Of a stretch of DNA of 32,132 bases, positions 26,188 through 32,132 are shown in pieces. The DNA is from an uncultured Clostridia bacterium (GTDB taxonomy: Bacteria > Bacillota > Halanaerobiia > CAZXKH01). Position 1 is the stretch's first letter. Each line of letters starts with the position of its first letter. The DNA lies in contig CAZXKH010000001.1 in NCBI GenBank assembly GCA_964641385.1, forward strand, positions 556 to 32,687. Reading direction: 5' to 3'. The notes under the pieces were generated by a model. That model was given only the letters and a program-made list of their open reading frames with translations. It made no database searches and had not been told where the DNA came from. A program made the translations under genes and the position numbers.

Positions 26188-26526
26188 CTACTCCACCAGT
26201 TCCAGTAAAGCCAGGGGAGCACCATCTCCCCGTCTCTGACCCAGCTTAAGGATACGAGTATAACCACCGGCACGCTCATAATAGCGTGGTCCCAGTTCCT
26301 CAAAGAGCCTGGTAACAGCCCGGCGGTCACGGATTGTTTTTCTTACCTGCCGTCGGGAGTGAGGACTGTCCTTTTTGGCCCGGGTAATAATCTTTTCCGC
26401 CATTCTCTGGGCCTCCTTGGCCCTGGGCAGAGTGGTCTCAATTCTTTCATTTTCAATTAAAGAGGTAACCAGATTGGCCAGCATGGCCTTCCGGTGATCG
26501 CTTCTGCGCTGCAACTTCCTCGGCAT
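26188..26526 (-). CDS. rplQ: 50S ribosomal protein L17
   Basis: MPRKLQRRSDHRKAMLANLV N-terminus. Start moved to the ATG at 26526, with GAAGGAGG 8 nt upstream. The track start lies inside the SD. Confidence 0.95.
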   Translation of the reverse strand: MPRKLQRRSDHRKAMLANLVTSLIENERIETTLPRAKEAQRMAEKIITRAKKDSPHSRRQVRKTIRDRRAVTRLFEELGPRYYERAGGYTRILKLGQRRGDGAPLALLELVE

Positions 26527-26552
26527 TGGATTAGCCTCCTTCACATCAATCT

Positions 26553-27494
26553 CTATTCCTCATCATTGGTCAGGGATAGATTGAGTTTCTCCAGCCTATT
26601 CTTAATCTCCTCCAGGGATTTCTTACCCAGGTTTCGAACCTTCATCAACTCTTCCTCGGTCTTATCAGTCAGCTCCTCCACAGTATTTATACCGGCCCTC
26701 TTTAAGCAGTTGGAGGAACGAACAGAGAGATCCATCTCTTCAATGGTGGTCTCCATGATCTTATCCTTTTCTTCTTCTTCCTTTTCCACCATAATCTCCA
26801 CTTCATCAACCTTCTCAGTAAGACCGATAAAGAGAGAAAGGTGCTCATTCATAATCTTGGCAGCCAGGCTAACTGCCTCATCGGGAATTATACTGCCATC
26901 AGTCTCGACCTCAAAGACCAGGCGATCATAATCTGTAACCCGACCCACTCTGGTATCCATTACCTCATAGTTAACCCTTCGGATGGGAGTAAAACTGGCA
27001 TCAACCGGTATCAAACCAATGACATGCTGCTCGGGCTTATTATCCTCAGAGGAACGATAACCGCGGCCCTTCTGTACACTGGCCTCCAGTCGGATCTCTG
27101 CGCCCTCATTGAGGGTGGCGATTTTCAGCTCGGGATTCAAGATTTCAATATCATCACTGTAGGTGAAATCCCCGGCCAGTGCCTCTCCCTCACCCTCTAC
27201 TTCAAGGGTCAAAGAAACTTCTCCCTCGGAAAACTGTTTGATAATCATTGACTTCAGGTTGAGAATAATGTCCGTTAAATCCTCCACCACTCCCGGAATG
27301 GTAGAAAATTCATGTTCTACTCCCTCTATTTTTACTGCGGTAACCGCTGAACCAGGCAGTGAGGAAAGGAGTATTCTCCGCAGGGCATTACCCAGCGTGA
27401 TCCCAAAACCCCTCTCCAGAGGGGTAATTACGTATCTCCCATAGGTTTCATGGCCATCTTCCTTCTCAATTTGAGGTTTTTCAATCTCAATCAC
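26553..27494 (-). CDS. rpoA: DNA-directed RNA polymerase subunit alpha
   Basis: [30 protein letters not shown] and C-terminal domain [23 protein letters not shown] start with AAGGAGGG 6 nt upstream. Confidence 0.95.
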   Translation of the reverse strand: MIEIEKPQIEKEDGHETYGRYVITPLERGFGITLGNALRRILLSSLPGSAVTAVKIEGVEHEFSTIPGVVEDLTDIILNLKSMIIKQFSEGEVSLTLEVEGEGEALAGDFTYSDDIEILNPELKIATLNEGAEIRLEASVQKGRGYRSSEDNKPEQHVIGLIPVDASFTPIRRVNYEVMDTRVGRVTDYDRLVFEVETDGSIIPDEAVSLAAKIMNEHLSLFIGLTEKVDEVEIMVEKEEEEKDKIMETTIEEMDLSVRSSNCLKRAGINTVEELTDKTEEELMKVRNLGKKSLEEIKNRLEKLNLSLTNDEE

Positions 27495-27527
27495 TCTTAA
27501 CCCTCCTTTTCTCTACCGATTCAGGCT

Positions 27528-28154
27528 TTAGCGGGAGTAATATTCAACGATAAGGCTTTCCTTAATTGGCAGGTCAATATCTTCCCTTTCGGGTTCACCC
27601 AGGACTCTACCTGTTAAGTTCTCAAAATCGGCCTCCAGCCAGGAGGGGAGACTCTGGTTCTCTGTGGTCTCAACAATCTCCTGCATCCGCTTCAGTTTCT
27701 TACTCTTTTCCTTAACTGCAATTCTGTCATCCTCCCGTACCAGATAGGAGGGGATATCATGCCTTCTGCCATTAAGAGTTATATGCCCATGTCGAACCAG
27801 CTGTCGGGCTTCTTTGCGTGAAGTGGCAAAACCCATTCTATAGACAACATTATCCAGCCGCCGTTCCAGAGTAGTCAGGAAGTTGTCTCCGGTAACACCG
27901 GGCTTTCTTTCAGCCATCTGCATATACTTACTGAACTGTTTTTCCATTAATCCATAGGCACGGCGAACCTTCTGCTTTTCCCTAAGCTGGATTCCATACT
28001 CTGAAGCCTTTCTCCTTCCCCGACCATGATCACCGGGGGGATAGGGCTTTCTTTCCAGGGCACACTTATCGCTGTAACAGCGCTCACCCTTTAAATAGAG
28101 CTTTTCTCCCTCTCTTCGACATTGCCTGCACACAGACTTTGTATATCGAGCCAT
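27528..28154 (-). CDS. rpsD: 30S ribosomal protein S4
   Basis: [26 protein letters not shown]... typical S4 with an N-terminal Cys cluster. Confidence 0.95.
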   Translation of the reverse strand: MARYTKSVCRQCRREGEKLYLKGERCYSDKCALERKPYPPGDHGRGRRKASEYGIQLREKQKVRRAYGLMEKQFSKYMQMAERKPGVTGDNFLTTLERRLDNVVYRMGFATSRKEARQLVRHGHITLNGRRHDIPSYLVREDDRIAVKEKSKKLKRMQEIVETTENQSLPSWLEADFENLTGRVLGEPEREDIDLPIKESLIVEYYSR

Positions 28155-28185
28155 TTGGTTTCACATGCACCTCCCTGTATAAGAC

Positions 28186-28578
28186 CTATACTCTTCTCCT
28201 TTTTGGCGGCCGGCACCCATTGTGTGGAATGGGAGTAACATCCTTAATCAGACTGATCTCCAGTCCGGCAGCCTGCATGGACCTGATAGCAGATTCACGA
28301 CCTGAACCAGGACCCTTGACATAGACCTCCACCTCGCGCAATCCGTGCTCCATACCTTCTCTGGCAGCCTGATCGGCAGCCATCTGTGCGGCATAGGGAG
28401 TCCCCTTCCGTGAACCCTTAAAACCAACATTACCGGCACTGGACCAGGCAATCACATTACCCTCACTGTCGGTAACGGTGATAATAGTATTGTTGAAGGT
28501 TGAACGGATATGCACCTGGCCCTTATTTATATTCCTTTTAACCTTCTTCTTCTTTCTCTTCTTCTTACCTCTGGCCAT
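28186..28578 (-). CDS. rpsK: 30S ribosomal protein S11
   Basis: [46 protein letters not shown] is a typical S11 sequence. Confidence 0.95.
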   Translation of the reverse strand: MARGKKKRKKKKVKRNINKGQVHIRSTFNNTIITVTDSEGNVIAWSSAGNVGFKGSRKGTPYAAQMAADQAAREGMEHGLREVEVYVKGPGSGRESAIRSMQAAGLEISLIKDVTPIPHNGCRPPKRRRV

Positions 28579-28607
28579 ACACTTATCCCCCCTTTATGCT
28601 CAAAGAG

Positions 28608-28982
28608 TTATTCACTCCTGGTTCTTCTGACCCCTACAGTCTTTTTAGGACCCTTCCTGGTGCGAGCATTGGTTCTGGTTCGCTGCCCGCGAACAGGAAG
28701 ACCACGCCGATGCCTTAAACCACGGTAACTGCCAATATCCATCAGGCGCTTAATATCACCGCGCACGGCTCGTCGTAGTTCACCCTCCACCTGGTAGTTA
28801 TCGATCTCCCGGCGAAGCAGTGTAATCTCCTCCTCCGTCAGGTCCTTAACCCTTGTATCCAGATCGATGCCAACTCGTTCCAGGATCTGACGGGCGGTAG
28901 AGCGTCCCACACCGTAGATATAGGTCAAACCGATCTCTACCCGCTTATCCCGGGGAAGATCAACACCCTCTATTCTCGCCAC
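28608..28982 (-). CDS. rpsM: 30S ribosomal protein S13
   Basis: [25 protein letters not shown]. The GTG at 28982 lies 6 nt after AGGAGGTG. The track start at 28991 is inside the SD. Confidence 0.95.
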   Translation of the reverse strand: MARIEGVDLPRDKRVEIGLTYIYGVGRSTARQILERVGIDLDTRVKDLTEEEITLLRREIDNYQVEGELRRAVRGDIKRLMDIGSYRGLRHRRGLPVRGQRTRTNARTRKGPKKTVGVRRTRSE

Positions 28983-29012
28983 TGACCACACCTCCTGTTG
29001 GTAGCTAATAAT

Positions 29013-29126
29013 CTATCCCTGGCGCTGTTTGTGTTTCGGATTCTCACAGACAACAAAGACCCTTCCCTTTCTCCTGACGATCTTACATTTATCACAGATC
29101 GGTTTCACCGATGGTCTCACCTTCAT
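29013..29126 (-). CDS. rpmJ: 50S ribosomal protein L36 (below the ORF-track size cutoff)
   Basis: Hand translation of the minus strand gives [37 protein letters not shown], then TAG. It sits between infA and rpsM as expected, and is the zinc-binding C-x2-C...C-x4-H form. Confidence 0.9.
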   Translation of the reverse strand: MKVRPSVKPICDKCKIVRRKGRVFVVCENPKHKQRQG

Positions 29127-29149
29127 CGATTAACCCCCCAGTGCTCAAA

Positions 29150-29374
29150 TTAATTATTATGGCGATAGGTTATTCTGCCCCGGCTCAAATCATAAGGGGA
29201 GAGCTCAACGGTTACCTTATCACCGGGGATAATCCGAATATAATGCATCCGCATCTTACCTGAAATATGAGCCAGGACCTTATGACCATTATCCAGTTCA
29301 ACTCTGAACATCGCATTGGGTAAAGGCTCTACCACTGTACCTTCTACTTCTATAGGTTCTTCCTTATCAGTCAT
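29150..29374 (-). CDS. infA: Translation initiation factor IF-1
   Basis: [64 protein letters not shown]. Confidence 0.95.
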   Translation of the reverse strand: MTDKEEPIEVEGTVVEPLPNAMFRVELDNGHKVLAHISGKMRMHYIRIIPGDKVTVELSPYDLSRGRITYRHNN

Positions 29375-29382
29375 ACAGGCAT

Positions 29383-29664
29383 TTAACCCCCTTTTAGTTC
29401 TACTTCTTCTCTGATGGCGGCCCTGAGCTCCTCATCACTTAAAGCCTTTCCCCTCTCTAATTTCATGGCTATGGATTCCAGGATACGGTTATGGGGCTGT
29501 AAGTGTTTTCTGTTTTTCAGCTTGGGAGTTTTGATACTTCTCAGTTTACCATCAGCAATCCGATAATACCTCTCATCTACAACCTCCACTACCACAAAAA
29601 ACCTTCCCCTGTCTCTGCCAGCCCTGGATGCAACCAGCTGACCAGGCCTCAGCTGAGAAACCAT
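29383..29664 (-). CDS. KOW domain-containing RNA-binding protein (conserved between map and infA in many Clostridia-like genomes)
   Basis: [35 protein letters not shown] is a KOW/L14e-like motif. The start is ambiguous: ATG at 29664, or GTG at 29670 or 29673. Confidence 0.7.
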   Translation of the reverse strand: MVSQLRPGQLVASRAGRDRGRFFVVVEVVDERYYRIADGKLRSIKTPKLKNRKHLQPHNRILESIAMKLERGKALSDEELRAAIREEVELKGG

Positions 29665-29727
29665 AACCACCACCCCAGTATTATATTATAACCCGCTCCT
29701 GACACCATATACTGCCAGAGCATATAT

Positions 29728-30486
29728 TTACTGGCTTTCATTCAGGGTTGTTAGCACCTCAGGTCCTCTGTCGGTAATAAAGACTGTGTCCTCAAAATGA
29801 GCCGACAGACTTCCATCACTGGTGACCACCGTCCAGCCGTCTTTTTTGCTCTTTACCCGGTAGCTACCAATGTTAACCATTGGCTCTAAGGCCAGGGCCA
29901 TTCCCCTGGTCAGATGTGGTCCTCGACCTGGAGGTCCAAAGTTGGGTATCTGGGGTGCCTCATGCATTTGCTGACCAATACCGTGACCAACATAATCTCG
30001 GACCACAGATAAGCCGCGGGCTTCAACAAAGCTCTGGATACTGTGGGAGACATCCGAGAGGCGGTTCCCCTCTCTACACTTCTTAACCCCCACTTCTAGA
30101 GCCCTTTCAGTAACCTGAAGCAGCCTTTTAGCCTCAGGCTCCACTCTGCCCACCGGCAGGGTGCGGGCAGCATCACCGTAATAACCCTTGATGATAACCC
30201 CCAGATCAATGCTGATAATCTCACCTTCCTGGAGCCTTCTTGCTCCCGGTATACCGTGAACGACCTCCTCATCAATAGAGGCACAGATGGTGGCGGGATA
30301 GCCGCGGTACCCCTTAAAGGCAGGCTTTGCTCCTGCCTCCCTAATGGCATCTTCTGCCAGAGCGTCCAGCTCTTCAGTGGTGATCCCGGGCTCCAGTTTT
30401 TCAGCCAGCAACAGATGCACCTCTGCCACCAGCCTGCCGGCAGCACGCATCAGCTCCAGCTCCCGTTCTGATTTCAGGATAATCAA
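29728..30486 (-). CDS. map: Type I methionine aminopeptidase
   Basis: MIILKSERELELMRAAGRL..., HGIPG, ISIDLGV...GYYGDAARTL and VGHGIG motifs. TTG start 2 nt after the adk stop, with AGAGGGA upstream. Confidence 0.9.
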   Translation of the reverse strand: MIILKSERELELMRAAGRLVAEVHLLLAEKLEPGITTEELDALAEDAIREAGAKPAFKGYRGYPATICASIDEEVVHGIPGARRLQEGEIISIDLGVIIKGYYGDAARTLPVGRVEPEAKRLLQVTERALEVGVKKCREGNRLSDVSHSIQSFVEARGLSVVRDYVGHGIGQQMHEAPQIPNFGPPGRGPHLTRGMALALEPMVNIGSYRVKSKKDGWTVVTSDGSLSAHFEDTVFITDRGPEVLTTLNESQ

Positions 30487-30488
30487 AG

Positions 30489-31157
30489 CTATCCCTCTTT
30501 CTTTTCCCCGGAATAAAGCCTGATCATCTGTAGAAGCTGAGCAAAGACCTCATCAATGGTGGCTTTGCCATCAACTGCCCTTAGCAGACCCTCCCGGCGA
30601 TAATACTTGATGATGGGCTCTGTCTGCTGGTGATAGACCTTGAGTCGCTGAAGGATAGTCTCCTCTTTATCATCCTCCCGCTGGACCAGCTGCTCTCCAC
30701 AGCTGTCACAGCTACCCTCTACTGCCGGTGGCTGAAAGGAGAGATGGTAGGTGGCTCCACATTCAAGACAGACTCTTCTACCGCCCAGCCTGTTAATAAC
30801 CTCCTCATCCGGAAGGTCAATCTCCAGGGCCAGATCAAGCTCAAGGCCCAGAGAGTCCAATATTTCATCCAGAGCACGGGCCTGATTTAAGTTGCGGGGA
30901 TAGCCGTCAAGAATGAAACCCTCTTTGACATCCTCCTGCTGCAGGCGTTCTTTAATAAGCCCATTGGTCACTTCATCGGGAACCAGCTCTCCTCCATCCA
31001 AATAGGCTTTGGCCTTCTTCCCCATTGGGGTCTCCTCACTGATAGCCCGGCGGAAGATATCACCGGTGGCCACATGAGGCAGCTTTAGTTTATCAGCCAG
31101 CCGCTGGGCCTGGGTTCCCTTTCCAGCCCCGGGAGGCCCGATGAGAATAAGTCTCAT
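30489..31157 (-). CDS. adk: Adenylate kinase (zinc-lid type)
   Basis: MRLILIGPPGAGKGTQA P-loop and a four-Cys lid, CLECGATYH...CDSCG. Start moved to the ATG at 31157, with AAGGGTGA 5 nt upstream. Confidence 0.95.
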   Translation of the reverse strand: MRLILIGPPGAGKGTQAQRLADKLKLPHVATGDIFRRAISEETPMGKKAKAYLDGGELVPDEVTNGLIKERLQQEDVKEGFILDGYPRNLNQARALDEILDSLGLELDLALEIDLPDEEVINRLGGRRVCLECGATYHLSFQPPAVEGSCDSCGEQLVQREDDKEETILQRLKVYHQQTEPIIKYYRREGLLRAVDGKATIDEVFAQLLQMIRLYSGEKKEG

Positions 31158-31177
31158 TAACTTCACCCTTTCAGTAA

Positions 31178-32132
31178 TTACTGCATAAAACCTTCATAAT
31201 GGCGCATTAAGAGATGTGATTCAATCTGTTTCATGGTCTCCAGGGCTACACCAGTTACAATTAACAAAGAGGTACCACCAAAATGAACTTCGATGCCTGT
31301 CATGGGCATAATGATTGTCGGCATTACAGCCACCAGAGCCAGGAAAACAGCTCCACTGAGTGTAATCCTGGTTAGCACCCGGTCCAGATACTGAGCCGTG
31401 GGCTGGCCTGGTCTACGCCCCGGAATAAAGCCACCGTTTTTGCGCATATTATCTGCAACTTCAGTGGGATTAAAGGTAATGGCTGTATAGAAATAGGTGA
31501 AAAAGATAATTAACAATGCATAGGTGGTCAGGTAAAAGGGTGAACCCGGATCAAGCATATTGGCCAGAGCCTGGGCCCAGCCAAAGGGAATAAACTGAGC
31601 AATGGTGGCAGGAAAAAGAAGCACTGAAACTGCAAAAATAATGGGCATTACCCCTGCCTGGTTGACCTTCATGGGTAAATGGGTTGACCGACCACCATAG
31701 ACCTTTCTGCCCACTACCCGCTTGGAATACTGAACCGGAATCTTGCGCTGGGCCTGCTGCACATAGATGACAGCAGCAATAATAAGGGCTGCCAGCAAGA
31801 GAAAGAGCAGAATATTGACAAAGTGCACTGCTCCTACCCGCAAACGGTCAAGTATTGTTGCAGTAGCTGTTGGAAGACGGGAGAGAATGGAGACAAAGAT
31901 CAGAATAGAGATACCGTTACCAATGCCCTTTTCATTGATTAGCTCACCAATCCACATCAAGAAGGCAGTCCCGGCGGTGACAGTAATCAAAATGGTAATA
32001 AAGGAGAAGGCACTGGGATGTACCACTGCTCCCTGCTGGTGAATCATAAAGGTCAGACCTGAACCCTGAATCAGGGCCAGACCCACAGTTCCATACCTGG
32101 TGTACTGGGCGATCTTCTTTCTTCCCTCCTGC
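31178..32132 (-). CDS. secY: Preprotein translocase subunit SecY, C-terminal ~two thirds; 5' end outside the window
   Basis: The frame stays open to the window edge (QEGRKKIAQYTRYGTVGLALIQ precedes the tracked start). Multiple TM segments follow, ending in the C-terminal LLMRHYEGFMQ. Confidence 0.9.
   Translation of the reverse strand, partial: QEGRKKIAQYTRYGTVGLALIQGSGLTFMIHQQGAVVHPSAFSFITILITVTAGTAFLMWIGELINEKGIGNGISILIFVSILSRLPTATATILDRLRVGAVHFVNILLFLLLAALIIAAVIYVQQAQRKIPVQYSKRVVGRKVYGGRSTHLPMKVNQAGVMPIIFAVSVLLFPATIAQFIPFGWAQALANMLDPGSPFYLTTYALLIIFFTYFYTAITFNPTEVADNMRKNGGFIPGRRPGQPTAQYLDRVLTRITLSGAVFLALVAVMPTIIMPMTGIEVHFGGTSLLIVTGVALETMKQIESHLLMRHYEGFMQ

Noticed and set aside
29383-29673. 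KOW-domain protein inside the ribosomal cluster, considered as a novelty.
   Set aside because: A small KOW protein between map and infA is a recurrent, already annotated feature of Clostridia-type genomes, although it is poorly characterised. It is listed as a feature only.
1-32132. Scan for CRISPR repeats, transposase or integrase genes, tRNA/rRNA genes, long direct or inverted repeats, and prophage or defence-island signatures.
   Set aside because: None was seen by eye. The intergenic spacers are short, the longest being ~210 nt, and every large ORF has a housekeeping or recognisable family assignment. A computational repeat search would be needed to exclude short dispersed repeats.

Overview
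This is a core-chromosome window with 36 of 38 CDS on the minus strand. From the right edge it holds:
- the distal spc/alpha ribosomal cluster (secY'-adk-map-KOW-infA-rpmJ-rpsM-rpsK-rpsD-rpoA-rplQ), then ecfA1-ecfA2-ecfT, truA and rplM-rpsI
- a tightly coupled LigB/Memo-like::AMMECR1 fusion - nikR - radical SAM trio, which is an AmmeMemoRadiSam-type system
- a plus-strand CPBP protease
- glmM - glmS ribozyme - glmS
- acpS-nnr-CBS-alr-lipA
- an IGHMBP2/Upf1-like helicase with an N-terminal DbpA-type RNA-binding domain
- a 52-codon ORF absent from the ORF track that copies the MazE C-terminal segment, followed by mazE-mazF
- a co-directional block: asparaginase-II-like protein, secreted LolA-like/TPR protein, AMIN-phosphodiester glycosidase, and a PucR-N/AraC-C regulator
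- a small membrane ORF and the 3' end of a plus-strand MmgE/PrpD gene

I saw no CRISPR array, transposase, integrase, tRNA or rRNA. The only structured RNA I recognise is the glmS ribozyme.

Gene order is Firmicute-like. The AMIN and LolA-like envelope proteins and the very acidic proteins suggest a halophilic diderm Firmicute such as Halanaerobiales, but that is inference only.

Most of the window is ordinary housekeeping. The items worth a second look are the mini-MazE ORF, the helicase fusion, the nikR-containing AmmeMemoRadiSam cluster, the glmS leader downstream of the ribozyme, and the envelope block after mazF.

All family calls come from motif recognition, not database searches. Several starts were moved from the ORF-track coordinates on Shine-Dalgarno (SD) and N-terminus grounds.
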